A stretch of 64,000 nt of DNA from a virus (taxonomy: Duplodnaviria; Caudoviricetes). The number at the start of each line of letters is the position of its first letter. Position 1 is the first letter of the stretch. The stretch covers positions 1-64,000 of IMG/VR virus record IMGVR_UViG_3300032332_001787. One strand, given 5' to 3'. Both the position numbers and the translations under genes were made by a program. The notes under the pieces are model-generated. The model did not search any database, was not told the origin of the DNA, and was given only the letters and a program-made list of their open reading frames with translations. This document shows positions 1-9,872 of the stretch, piece after piece.

Positions 1-1
1 C

Positions 2-1015
2 ATCAACGCCCTGAGTACCTTGAACTCCTTGAGCGCCGTTATATCCATCAACGCCCTGAGTACCTTGAACTCCTTGAGCGCCGTTATATCCATCAACGCC
101 CTGAGTTCCTTGAACTCCTTGAGCGCCGTTATATCCATCAACGCCCTGAGTTCCTTGAACTCCTTGAACGCCTGTGCTTCCGATAATGCCTTGACTTCCC
201 GCGGCGCCCTGACTACCAACTGCACCTTGAACTCCTTGAGCGCCGTTATATCCATCAACGCCCTGAGTTCCTTGACTGCCATTACTACCCGAACTACCAA
301 TAACGCCTTGAATCCCTCGACTACCTTGACTACCAATAATACCCTGTGAACCTTGACCGCCAGATGATCCCTGAACACCTCTAGTTCCTTGACTACCAAT
401 ACTGCCTTGATTTCCTGCTATACCCTGACTCCCAATAATGCCCTGAGTCCCTTGAGATCCTTGACTCCCTATAAATCCCTGAGCACCAAAAGTGCCTTGA
501 ATTCCAACAGCGCCCTGATTGCCAATAACTCCTTGAATACCCTGAGTTCCTTGGGAACCCTGACTACCAACAAATCCCTGACTGCCAACAAATCCCTGGC
601 TTCCCATTATTCCCTGACTGCCAATATCTCCTTTAACTCCTTGAATTCCTTGAGCAGAGGTGACCGCATTGATAATTTCATTTTTTACAAATGCTGTACT
701 TGCAATTTGTGTAGAAAATGTTCCAATATTCGCCGTCGGAACAGTAGGAATACCAATAAAATTTGGACTATTTAATAATGCATAAATGCTTAATGCAGAA
801 TCGAAGTTGGTAATATTAGATGTTGTGTGAGTATGATTAACGTTAGCAAATAAACCACTACCATAATAACTTAAGTTTGACCAGCGTGCGGTTCCGTTGC
901 CTATCTTTAGATAGTTGTTTGTAAAATCAAATCCTGGTTCTCCTGTTGCTAGTACAGGATTAATCTGGGACCATTGAGAAGCTGATCCTCTTCTAAAAGT
1001 AATTAAAGTTCCCAT
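2..1015 (-). CDS. Collagen-like (G-X-Q repeat) tail fibre/adhesin, runs off the window edge
   Basis: Manually translated from ATG at 1015: MGTLITFRRGSASQWSQINPVLATGEPGFDFTNNYLKIGNG (Mtd-N-like fibre N-terminal motif), then LNSPNFIGIPTVPT..TQIASTAFVK, then QGxQG repeats with 45-bp DNA tandem repeats at about 14-150. Missing from the ORF track because it is incomplete. Confidence 0.8.
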   Translation of the reverse strand, partial: MGTLITFRRGSASQWSQINPVLATGEPGFDFTNNYLKIGNGTARWSNLSYYGSGLFANVNHTHTTSNITNFDSALSIYALLNSPNFIGIPTVPTANIGTFSTQIASTAFVKNEIINAVTSAQGIQGVKGDIGSQGIMGSQGFVGSQGFVGSQGSQGTQGIQGVIGNQGAVGIQGTFGAQGFIGSQGSQGTQGIIGSQGIAGNQGSIGSQGTRGVQGSSGGQGSQGIIGSQGSRGIQGVIGSSGSNGSQGTQGVDGYNGAQGVQGAVGSQGAAGSQGIIGSTGVQGVQGTQGVDGYNGAQGVQGTQGVDGYNGAQGVQGTQGVDGYNGAQGVQGTQGVD

Positions 1016-1268
1016 TAATAAACCTATTGTGTCAAATTTGTGGTATTATATTTAAATACACCCACAATATAGATCTTATAGTTTTGAGAGTTGATCTATT
1101 TAATCTGATATTAATTCCTAAAAGTCTAACTTTAGATACACCTTATGGCTGGGCTAAGGGTATGGATTTTAAATTAAGTGGCTAATAAATTTGAAATCAA
1201 CAACTATAGACATCTTGTTGTAATCTCCCTATAATAGCTCATGACCCAATTGTTCAGAGGAGACTAGA

Positions 1269-1805
1269 ATGTCGGAACTAAGTTTAAAACAAATTTGTTC
1301 AATTTATGCAACAGACAAGAATTGTCTTCATTGTTATGTCGATGAAGTTTATGAAGAATTATTTAAAGAGTTTAGATACTCAGCCAATAAAGTGTTAGAA
1401 ATTGGGGCTTATAATGGGGCAAGTATAATGATGTGGAAAGAGTATTTTTCTAATGCCCAGATTTTTACCATAGACAATGTATATTGTCCTCAGATTGCTG
1501 ACAGAGTAAATATTACTAGTTTACTGGGCGATGCTTATAGCTATGAAACCCTAAAAAATTTACCAAATGATTTTGATATTATAATTGAGGATGGATCTCA
1601 TAAGATTGAAGATATGAGCTTTGTGGTTGTTGAATACATTAAGAAACTCAAGCCAAATGGAGTATTGATTGTAGAAGATATTCCAGATTTTAACTGGACC
1701 AATATTTTAAAGAACCTAATACCAGACAACTACAAAGCTGAAATAAAAGATCTTAGAAGAGTTCGTGGTCGTTATGATGATATATTGATGATTATTAGGT
1801 CTTAG
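1269..1805 (+). CDS. Class I SAM-dependent methyltransferase
   Basis: VLEIGAYNGAS motif I and DIIIEDGSH and GVLIVEDI motifs; the only plus-strand gene in the late region. Confidence 0.8.
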   Translation: MSELSLKQICSIYATDKNCLHCYVDEVYEELFKEFRYSANKVLEIGAYNGASIMMWKEYFSNAQIFTIDNVYCPQIADRVNITSLLGDAYSYETLKNLPNDFDIIIEDGSHKIEDMSFVVVEYIKKLKPNGVLIVEDIPDFNWTNILKNLIPDNYKAEIKDLRRVRGRYDDILMIIRS

Positions 1806-2238
1806 GATACTTAGCTTTAACCGAAGCTATTTTAGCTTGCATGTCGAGAAAGGCTTGAGAGGCTGCCCCCTTCCACATAGCATCTAGTTGATCTCCTAAT
1901 GAAGGATACTCACTTCTTCGTAAGGCATAATAATCAGGAATAGATGGTTTCACTATTTCTTCTTTACTAATCGGAACTTCTGTTGCTTGTCCTGTCATTG
2001 GGTCATCAATAGTTCTTGTTTTGGGTTCTAGTTCTGTCCAAGCTAATTCTTTCTGATCTATGTCGCTCAGAATAGACTGTTGAGCAGATTGGAGGAACTG
2101 GTCGATATTTTCTACATTGGGTGGGATAAATATTTGCCAATTATAAATATTGTCGTTGTGTTGAACTTCGATATAGGCAAGAGCCCTATTTTCATCTTGT
2201 AAATTAGATGCTAATCCTATTAAATTAATATTAGACAT
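1795..2238 (-). CDS. Tail-fibre-associated hypothetical protein
   Basis: C-terminal YYALRRSEYPSLGDQLDAMWK...VKAKYPK motif, common in genes next to phage fibre genes. Confidence 0.55.
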   Translation of the reverse strand: MSNINLIGLASNLQDENRALAYIEVQHNDNIYNWQIFIPPNVENIDQFLQSAQQSILSDIDQKELAWTELEPKTRTIDDPMTGQATEVPISKEEIVKPSIPDYYALRRSEYPSLGDQLDAMWKGAASQAFLDMQAKIASVKAKYPKT

Positions 2239-3064
2239 TTTCTGTCTCCTTATGATTGGAACCCTTAGGTAGTCTTTCGTGCCATCTCTTGTCCAAATAT
2301 GAACGGTCAGCTTCTGTTAACACTCCATTAACTGGAATATTAGTATGATAGTTTGTGAGGTCAACGTCTGGGTGGGCTGTATATTTGCCACTAGCCAAGT
2401 CAATGTGTAGACATTGTACATCGGTATTAACTAGTATTGGAGTACCCCTCTTATGAATTCTATGCATAAAAAAATTATCTTCTCCAATAAAAGGAATATC
2501 TTCAGCAACCCCATTAGCGATACAACAGAATGGAAGCTCTGGCTCCTCCTCTTTCATCTGCTTCAAAATTTCAACAGGAATAAGCATAGCGTCCATACCA
2601 CACATATGAGCTTTTAGTAGTTGACCAGGATCAACATTTGGAACAACTATCCAGTTTTTTTCTTTAGTCATAATCATAGCATCACCAAGTTTGATATAAT
2701 AAACACCAACAACTATGCTACCAGGATTTTCTTCAGCGGTCTTGTGCAATGTTTTAAAAGCATGATATGGAACTACAGTATCTTCACCTATAAAAAACAT
2801 ATATTTAGCATTGCTCTCTAAAACTTGTTCTATAAGATAGTTTCGAGCAACGTCTACCTTTTCTCCATAAATATCACAAAACCCATGAGAAAATCCATGA
2901 AGATCAACATGTTCCTCTCCTAATCCTTGACGACCATTAAATTTTTGAGCTGGTTCTTCATTTTCGCATCGTCTTGGTTGAGCAATAACAACGTAGGGAG
3001 CGATATCTTTAGAAGTTTCCACAATATCTCTAAGAGTTTCCATTATTTTATCTTTACTATACAT
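2231..3064 (-). CDS. GT-A-fold glycosyltransferase-like protein
   Basis: VDVARNYLIEQVL..KYMFFIGEDTV, CGMDAMLIP, GEDNFF and VNTDVQCLHID resemble GT2 motifs. Confidence 0.6.
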   Translation of the reverse strand: MYSKDKIMETLRDIVETSKDIAPYVVIAQPRRCENEEPAQKFNGRQGLGEEHVDLHGFSHGFCDIYGEKVDVARNYLIEQVLESNAKYMFFIGEDTVVPYHAFKTLHKTAEENPGSIVVGVYYIKLGDAMIMTKEKNWIVVPNVDPGQLLKAHMCGMDAMLIPVEILKQMKEEEPELPFCCIANGVAEDIPFIGEDNFFMHRIHKRGTPILVNTDVQCLHIDLASGKYTAHPDVDLTNYHTNIPVNGVLTEADRSYLDKRWHERLPKGSNHKETENV

Positions 3065-3080
3065 AATACTATTTGTCCTC

Positions 3081-3491
3081 TTATAGTTTATTAAAAAATG
3101 AAATTAATGCTATATTTTTAAAATCAAATCCAGATAGTGTACTAATTTTTGTTCCATTAACTGCTGAATATGGGATAAACTGGATGTCTCCAGTAGAGGT
3201 CAATACTCCTCCATAATAAGCTCCAGTCGAACTAGTATATAATAGATTATATGTACTAACAATGCCAGAAGAGTTTATTTTTTGACCAACAGCAGCAGAA
3301 TATGGTATAAAATGTATATCTCCGTTTGGAGCTAAAACTCCGCCACAATATGCCCCGCTACTATTGGTATAAACTAAACTATATGTGCTAACAGTTCCTG
3401 TGCTGCTTATTTTCTGACCAACAGCTGCTGTAGAAGGCACAAAATGTGTGTCTCCGTTTGCAGATAAAACACCCCCAGAGTAAATACCCAT
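3081..3491 (-). CDS. C-terminal three repeats of a GGVLAPNGDIHF repeat protein (split-gene fragment)
   Basis: Starts mid-repeat (GIYSGGVLSANGD) and ends FFNKL, like the paralogue endings FLNKY and FLNKF. Confidence 0.7.
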   Translation of the reverse strand: MGIYSGGVLSANGDTHFVPSTAAVGQKISSTGTVSTYSLVYTNSSGAYCGGVLAPNGDIHFIPYSAAVGQKINSSGIVSTYNLLYTSSTGAYYGGVLTSTGDIQFIPYSAVNGTKISTLSGFDFKNIALISFFNKL

Positions 3492-3991
3492 TATCTAATC
3501 TCCTTATTTTTTAAACTTTCCCACAAGAGTATATCATCGGCATAAATTTTTTCAATTATAGCCTCTTGTTTTATTGTTAAAATTGGCTTATTAGATTCTG
3601 CTGATGCATCTATATGAGGAAGTGGAGTTGGTAGTCCTAGCCATTCCGCACATTTATCAAACTCGGTTTCAAATAAAAAGTATTGGAAATCTCCTTTTGG
3701 TAGTGGTCCATATATTGGTTGTATCAAGTGTTCTTCTATAGTTTTTTCTGGCTTATGGGCACACATGCTGCGAAATCTTTCAATGGGATTTCTGACGATA
3801 ATTGCAATATTTTGGTTGGTGCCGTCCCACCATTCCTCTGAGCCAAAGAATGTTGCCGGATGCGACTCGTCGGTTATCTCAATATCAGGCCAAAAAGTAC
3901 GCATGGCCGCAGTAGCTAAAGAATGGGAACCGCTACGAGGGATTAGAAGCACGGCATTGTTAGTGATAGGTGATCTTAAAATTTCACTCAT
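3491..3991 (-). CDS. Sulfotransferase-like protein
   Basis: LLIPRSGSHSL (5'-PSB-like) and IIVRNPIERFRS (3'-PB-like) motifs. Confidence 0.6.
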   Translation of the reverse strand: MSEILRSPITNNAVLLIPRSGSHSLATAAMRTFWPDIEITDESHPATFFGSEEWWDGTNQNIAIIVRNPIERFRSMCAHKPEKTIEEHLIQPIYGPLPKGDFQYFLFETEFDKCAEWLGLPTPLPHIDASAESNKPILTIKQEAIIEKIYADDILLWESLKNKEIR

Positions 3992-5358
3992 GTAAAATAC
4001 AGGACTACCGCCCCGCCTCCTGCCGCCGCGTTGGCGTAGCCTGTCGCAAATCCCCCACCAAGTCCAGCATTTTTATTTGTAAACTTATCATTATATCCAC
4101 CCGAACCAAATGCTCCAATTGTGCCGCAGTCCTCGGTCGCCTTACCTCCAGCGAGGGCGACTGCTGATAGTAATCCGCTAACATCGGTAGCAATAAAACG
4201 ACCGCATGACTGTCTTGTTCCGTTTCCACCTACGGCTCCAGCTGCGGAGCCTTGTCCGGCTACATTTCCACCTCCGAACAAGACACCACTGCCTCCATTT
4301 GCTCCACCGTCTCCACCAGAATAACCTCCTCCGGTTCCTGTCCGTCCGCCACCATTACCGGTGATAGTCGCGCCGTCAAACGTAACAGTGGATGATCCTC
4401 CCGTACCGGCTGCGATGTTTACAACTCCACAAGTATACGTCACCGACTGTCCGTTAGAAACCGTCCATGTCTTATACGCACATCCACCAGCACCAGCAAC
4501 CAATGACCCATAATAATATGAGTTTCCTCCTGCGCCAACCGCCCACGCCTTCATACTTGTCGCCCCCGATGGGACTGTGTAGGATGTGCCAGAAGTAAGC
4601 AATACTGCGGTCGGGGTGTAGGAAGAAACTGCTGGTCCGGTATAAATCAGACTGTAGGTACTCACCACACCAGCACTACTAATTTTCTGTCCCACTGTCG
4701 CATTAAAAGGAATAAAATTAATATCTCCATTAGGAGCAAGAACTCCTCCAATATAAGCCCCAGAAGCCGTATAAACTAAACTATAAGTACTAACAACACC
4801 AGCACTGCTTATTTTTTGTCCTCTAGCAGCATTATATGGTATGAAATGTGTTTCTCCACTAGTAGATAGAACCCCACCAGAATAAGCTCCAGAAGTAGTA
4901 TAAACGAGACTATAGGTGCTAACTACACTTGAACTATTTAACTTTTGGCCCACAACAGCATTAACGGGAATAAAATTAACATCGCCATTGGGAGCTAAAA
5001 CTCCACCAGCATAAGCTGATGTTACAGTAGAATAAACCAAGCTATATGTACTGACTGTTCCAGCACTATTTATCTTTTGACCTCTATTACCATTATAAGG
5101 AATAAAGTTTATGTCTCCATTTGGACTCAACACACCACCGATATAAGCCGAGGATGTTGTGTAGACCAGACTGTATGTGCTAACGATAGCATTTGTAAAA
5201 ACAGCAGAACCCGTTGTTGACTCATCCAATATGGTTTTCAGTTTATTCCACACCACAAGACCAGTATCAATACTACTATTGTCGCTAGATGGAACTGTTC
5301 CATTAACAAGACTTTGAACTTCGCTTACAAATTTTGGTGAATTTAAATGTGTGCTCAT
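3988..5358 (-). CDS. Repeat (probable beta-propeller) protein fused to a glycine-rich C-terminal domain
   Basis: Four roughly 44-aa STYSLVYT..GGVL.PNGD..FIP..GQKI repeats, then an abrupt switch to a Gly-rich domain (YTVPSGATSMKAWAVGAGG). Confidence 0.7.
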   Translation of the reverse strand: MSTHLNSPKFVSEVQSLVNGTVPSSDNSSIDTGLVVWNKLKTILDESTTGSAVFTNAIVSTYSLVYTTSSAYIGGVLSPNGDINFIPYNGNRGQKINSAGTVSTYSLVYSTVTSAYAGGVLAPNGDVNFIPVNAVVGQKLNSSSVVSTYSLVYTTSGAYSGGVLSTSGETHFIPYNAARGQKISSAGVVSTYSLVYTASGAYIGGVLAPNGDINFIPFNATVGQKISSAGVVSTYSLIYTGPAVSSYTPTAVLLTSGTSYTVPSGATSMKAWAVGAGGNSYYYGSLVAGAGGCAYKTWTVSNGQSVTYTCGVVNIAAGTGGSSTVTFDGATITGNGGGRTGTGGGYSGGDGGANGGSGVLFGGGNVAGQGSAAGAVGGNGTRQSCGRFIATDVSGLLSAVALAGGKATEDCGTIGAFGSGGYNDKFTNKNAGLGGGFATGYANAAAGGGAVVLYFT

Positions 5359-5359
5359 A

Positions 5360-6499
5360 TTAATATTTATTTAGGAATGGAGAACAACAAACTCCAATAT
5401 TTAGTGGCTTAGCTGGAAGAGTGGAAATTTTTTGACCAACAGTAGCTCCATATGGAATAAAATGTATATCTCCATTTGGTGCCAAAACTCCACCATTATA
5501 AGCTCCTCCGTTTGTTGTTGTTGTATAAAGTAAGCTGTAGGTGCTGACTAGGCCAGCAGTGCTAACTTTTTGACCTACAGGAGCAGTAGTAGGAACAAAA
5601 TGAACATCTCCATTTGGAGATAGTACCCCTCCACAGTAAGCATCTGATGTATTAGTATAAATTAAGCTATATGTGCTGACAGTTCCATTAATACTCCATT
5701 TTTGTCCCCGAGAGTTTCCCGATGGTCCAAAATGTATATCTCCATTTGGATTAATTACTCCTCCATTGTATGGAGATTGCATACTTGATTCCCAATATGT
5801 GCTTACAACTCCGCTACTATTAATTTTTTGAAGAGTACTATATCCATAAGGAACAAAATAAACATCTCCATTAGGGGCTAATACTCCGCCATTGTAATAA
5901 TATGCCCCAGTTAAAATTAAACTATAAGTACTAACTACTCCAGCGCTACTCACTTTCTGTCCCACAGAAGCACTCATCGGAACAAAATGAATATCACCAT
6001 TTGGTGCCAATACTCCACCAGCATAAGCGTTGGCGGTGGTGTAAACCAGACTATATGTACTAACAACACCATTGATATTTATCTTTTGACCCCTGTTGGA
6101 ATTATATGGAGCAAAATGGATATCTCCGTTTGTGGACATTACTCCTCCTCGATAACCTCCAGCAACAGAATACACTAAACTATATGTACTAACAATTCCG
6201 CTACTACTAACTTTTTGTCCAACAGTTGCAAAGAATGGAATAAATTGAATATCTCCATTTGGAGATAAAATTCCACCATTATAAGCATATGATTGTATTG
6301 TATTAACTAAACTATAAGTGCTTACTATAGGATTGGTAAAAGCAGTTCCATTGTTAGCTGATTTCTCTAATAGTGTTTTGATTTTATTCCAAGCAACTAG
6401 ATCGCCACTTATACTACTATTATCACAAGTGGGAATTCCTCCCCTTGCTTTGTTTTTGACTTCAGTCTGCCATGTTGGTGATATGTCGTATATTGCCAT
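5360..6499 (-). CDS. Seven-repeat probable beta-propeller virion/adhesin protein
   Basis: Seven roughly 44-aa STYSL..GGVLAPNGDIHF.P..GQK repeats counted in the translation. Confidence 0.7.
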   Translation of the reverse strand: MAIYDISPTWQTEVKNKARGGIPTCDNSSISGDLVAWNKIKTLLEKSANNGTAFTNPIVSTYSLVNTIQSYAYNGGILSPNGDIQFIPFFATVGQKVSSSGIVSTYSLVYSVAGGYRGGVMSTNGDIHFAPYNSNRGQKININGVVSTYSLVYTTANAYAGGVLAPNGDIHFVPMSASVGQKVSSAGVVSTYSLILTGAYYYNGGVLAPNGDVYFVPYGYSTLQKINSSGVVSTYWESSMQSPYNGGVINPNGDIHFGPSGNSRGQKWSINGTVSTYSLIYTNTSDAYCGGVLSPNGDVHFVPTTAPVGQKVSTAGLVSTYSLLYTTTTNGGAYNGGVLAPNGDIHFIPYGATVGQKISTLPAKPLNIGVCCSPFLNKY

Positions 6500-6502
6500 A
6501 GT

Positions 6503-7651
6503 TTAAAATTTGTTTAAGAAGGATGAACAACAAGTTCCAATTTCAAAAGGTAAGGCTGCTGTGGTGGAGATTTTTTGACCCCTATCTGCTGCAAACGGAA
6601 CAAAATGAATTTCTCCTCCTTCATTTAGAGTACCAGCAACATAAGCATAAGCAACTGTATAGACTAAACTGTATGTACTTACTATTCCATTTTTATCTAT
6701 TTTTTGTCCTCTATTAGCAAAAAGTGGAACAAAATGGATGTCCCCATTAGGAGCCAAAACACCTCCGTGGTAAGCACCAGAACTATTAGTGTAAACTAAA
6801 CTATAAGTGCTTACTGTTCCATTAATGTTTATTTTTTGTCCCACAGCGGCTGCAAAAGGTACAAAATGAATGTCTCCATTTGGTGCCAAGACTCCTCCAA
6901 TGTATGCCCCGTTACTATTGGTATAGATTAAACTATATGTGCTAACCACACCCGAACTGCTAATTTTTTGTCCTCTATTGCTAAACGCAGGCACAAAATG
7001 AATATCTCCATTTGGAGCTAACACTGCGCCAAAAAAAGCTCCTGAGCCAGTAGTGGTGCTATATATCAAGCTATAAGTGCTCACCACGCCAGAGCTACTA
7101 ATCTTTTGTCCAACAGGCGTGAGCTTTGGAGTAAAATGCACATTTCCATTTGTATCTAAAACCCCTCCATCATAAGCCCCAGCAGTATTAGTATAAATTA
7201 AACTGTATGTACTTACAACTCCGCTACTACTAATCTTTTGTCCAACCGCAGCGCTCGATGGGCAGAAATGAACATCTCCATTAGAAGCAAGGACTCCTCC
7301 GCTATAAGCGGATCCAGCGGTGTATGCTAAGCTATATGTGCTAACTAAACCAGTTTTACTTATTTTTTGTCCTCTATTAGCATTCCAAGGCACAAAATGA
7401 ATATCTCCATTCAGAGTAATAATACCTCCTCTATAAGCAAGACTATTAGTATAAACCAAACTATAAGTACTAACTATAGGATTACTAAAAATGCTTCCGG
7501 CAGTAACGTTCTTATTTAAAAGATTTTTGAAATCTCTCCAAGCCAATAAGAAAGAATCAATGCTATTGTTGTCTCCAGCTGGTAAAGCTCCATTAGCAGC
7601 TATTTGAACGTTATCATCCCATTTTGGAGATATAACATTAATGTCTGGCAT
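6503..7651 (-). CDS. Seven-repeat probable beta-propeller virion/adhesin protein (paralogue)
   Basis: Seven repeats; N-terminus and CCxxFLNK C-terminus shared with 5360..6499. Confidence 0.7.
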   Translation of the reverse strand: MPDINVISPKWDDNVQIAANGALPAGDNNSIDSFLLAWRDFKNLLNKNVTAGSIFSNPIVSTYSLVYTNSLAYRGGIITLNGDIHFVPWNANRGQKISKTGLVSTYSLAYTAGSAYSGGVLASNGDVHFCPSSAAVGQKISSSGVVSTYSLIYTNTAGAYDGGVLDTNGNVHFTPKLTPVGQKISSSGVVSTYSLIYSTTTGSGAFFGAVLAPNGDIHFVPAFSNRGQKISSSGVVSTYSLIYTNSNGAYIGGVLAPNGDIHFVPFAAAVGQKININGTVSTYSLVYTNSSGAYHGGVLAPNGDIHFVPLFANRGQKIDKNGIVSTYSLVYTVAYAYVAGTLNEGGEIHFVPFAADRGQKISTTAALPFEIGTCCSSFLNKF

Positions 7652-7652
7652 G

Positions 7653-8501
7653 TTATACTCCTATCACTGTTACTCGGTACTGACTGGTTGTTGGAGCAGA
7701 TACAAAAATAACTTGGATACTATTATTATTTACATAAACTATATCTGGATATACATAATAATTAGTGGTTGTGTCTCTAACAATAACGAATGAGTCACTA
7801 CTCACTCCCAAACTATGGGTGACTGTGTAGGTGGTATTGGTTCCATCTCCTATTAAAACTGAGTATGTAGAAGATATACCTTTGATTCCTTGAGTTCCTT
7901 GAGATCCAGAACCAGTTGTTCCTTGTAAACCTTGAGTTCCCTGACTACCCGTGGTGCCTTGAACACCTTGTAAGCCTTGAACTCCTTGACTGCCGGTACT
8001 GCCGATGGTGCCTTGACTTCCCACAGTACCTTGAACTCCTTGACTACCTTGACTGCCGGTACTGCCGATGGTGCCTTGACTTCCCACGGTACCCTGACTA
8101 CCAAAGGTACCTTGAACACCTTGAGTACCTTGTCTGCCTTGAACACCCTGTGGACCTTGAACGCCTTGGCTACCTTGACTGCCGATAGTGCCTTGACTAC
8201 CTTGGAGCAATATATTACTTATCAATGATCTATTAATTAAACCACTAGTTTGAATCAGTAAATAATCACTATTCTGAGGATTAGCTATAGTACCAAGAGA
8301 AGGTAAAGATAAATTATTAAATTGTCCACTATTTGCTACAATTAATCCACTAATATTAGTATTGCCAATAATATCTAGTTGACCACTTGGCGTATTAGTA
8401 TTAATGCCTACTTTATTATCTGTAGAAATAAATATGGTCTCTTTAGTGCCAGACGCGCTAATAGATTGACCTAATTGAGCATTGTTATAATTGATTGTCA
8501 T
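7653..8501 (-). CDS. Collagen-like fibre protein
   Basis: VGINTNTP repeat, about 35 G-X-Q triplets, C-terminal GDG..TYTVTHSLG domain. Confidence 0.7.
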   Translation of the reverse strand: MTINYNNAQLGQSISASGTKETIFISTDNKVGINTNTPSGQLDIIGNTNISGLIVANSGQFNNLSLPSLGTIANPQNSDYLLIQTSGLINRSLISNILLQGSQGTIGSQGSQGVQGPQGVQGRQGTQGVQGTFGSQGTVGSQGTIGSTGSQGSQGVQGTVGSQGTIGSTGSQGVQGLQGVQGTTGSQGTQGLQGTTGSGSQGTQGIKGISSTYSVLIGDGTNTTYTVTHSLGVSSDSFVIVRDTTTNYYVYPDIVYVNNNSIQVIFVSAPTTSQYRVTVIGV

Positions 8502-8612
8502 AGGTATATTAATAATCCTAGGTAAATATTATGACTATCAAAATATACACCGTGCTGGATCTTAGTGCTAAAAGAGTAAATTATGAAATTTTTCTGATGT
8601 TTGAATATTGAA

Positions 8613-9872
8613 TTAGCTAAAGCTGTTGGATTCCTTTTTTTTTAAGAACATTACATCTTTGATGATATTAATATCTTGAGCGGGATATGCTTTGAATTTG
8701 TTAAGCACATCTGCATCTATGAGGTCTTTATGAACCCACCAATCTTCAAATGTACAATCGCTATGGGGAGATATATCATTAAACAAAAGAGTATAGCCAA
8801 CACTTTCTAAATATCTTCTAGATTTTTCTCGATATATTTTACTCATATCTACATAATGATCATGCTCGTAAGTAATAACTCTAAATTTGTATTTATTAAA
8901 TGGTATTAATAATAGTGCTTCAAATGTATTTTTAGATGGTTCTATATCTAGTTGTAGGTAGTCGATAATATTAGAAGAGAAAGTTTCAGACAATAGTTTA
9001 TCGTAATCTACTGCTAAAGCATCTCCATTTATAACTCTATTTTTTCTCTCATTGATATGTTGTGAGGCTAACTCTACGTTAAGTTCTATTCCAACTCCTG
9101 TCCAGTTAAAATTTTGTTCAAGCAGTGCGGTATTACTATTATGCAAAGAGTGCGCGGATCCTATTTCAAGGTAGGTTCCATTAGTTTTTCCTTGTAAAGC
9201 AGCTAATACAAATAAATCCTGACATACCTGAGAAAAGTTCTTTTCTATATTTTCTGAGCCTGGAAATTTAAATCTTAATAGATCATGCTGGGATTTGTCG
9301 TATCTGGTAATAGCTTCAGACTCTGGACCTGATCCTAGTGTAGATAAGTTTTGTTGAATTAGATGCTTATAAATGTCGTTAAGTTTATCCTTATAATCAT
9401 TCATTAAAACTCGCAATAGTTTTCTAGCTTCTCTGGGTTTACCGCACCACCATGAAGCTACTGCTTTTTGAAAAACCAAAAAATATTCGCCCTCATAGCC
9501 CACATCAAGATTGTCTGATGGCTCTTCTAATGCTAGTCCTATACAAGCATAAGTATAAGAATCCATCCATTGTAGTCTATGTTCATGTAATTGACTCAAA
9601 AAGAAATATGCTTCTCTTCTTGAAGGATATATAGCAATTGCTTGTTTTAATAGATTTTCACAAGTATGGTCTCTATTGCCAATTTGTTTGTAACATAAAA
9701 AGGTGTGTAAAATGCATTTATATCTTAGTAATTGATTATTTGTAAATTCTGCACATTTAATATAGAATCCTGATGCTGGAGCATAATGTTTCTGATCCTC
9801 ATACCATTTTGCTAGCTCAAAAATTGCTATATCATTAGTGTGATCATTAATATAATTATCTAGTAATTTCAT
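8613..9872 (-). CDS. TPR-repeat plus FkbM-like methyltransferase fusion
   Basis: Helical N-terminus (LLKQAIAIYPSRREAYFFL); C-terminal SQVCQDLFV, YLEIGS, IDYLQLDIEP and VITYEHD motifs. Confidence 0.65.
   Translation of the reverse strand: MKLLDNYINDHTNDIAIFELAKWYEDQKHYAPASGFYIKCAEFTNNQLLRYKCILHTFLCYKQIGNRDHTCENLLKQAIAIYPSRREAYFFLSQLHEHRLQWMDSYTYACIGLALEEPSDNLDVGYEGEYFLVFQKAVASWWCGKPREARKLLRVLMNDYKDKLNDIYKHLIQQNLSTLGSGPESEAITRYDKSQHDLLRFKFPGSENIEKNFSQVCQDLFVLAALQGKTNGTYLEIGSAHSLHNSNTALLEQNFNWTGVGIELNVELASQHINERKNRVINGDALAVDYDKLLSETFSSNIIDYLQLDIEPSKNTFEALLLIPFNKYKFRVITYEHDHYVDMSKIYREKSRRYLESVGYTLLFNDISPHSDCTFEDWWVHKDLIDADVLNKFKAYPAQDINIIKDVMFLKKKESNSFS

Noticed and set aside
20-775. Plus-strand ORFs 20..349 and 389..775, and similar shadow ORFs at 7853-8228 and 17876-18207
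   Set aside because: They are alternative-frame artefacts of collagen-like and Thr-repeat genes on the minus strand.
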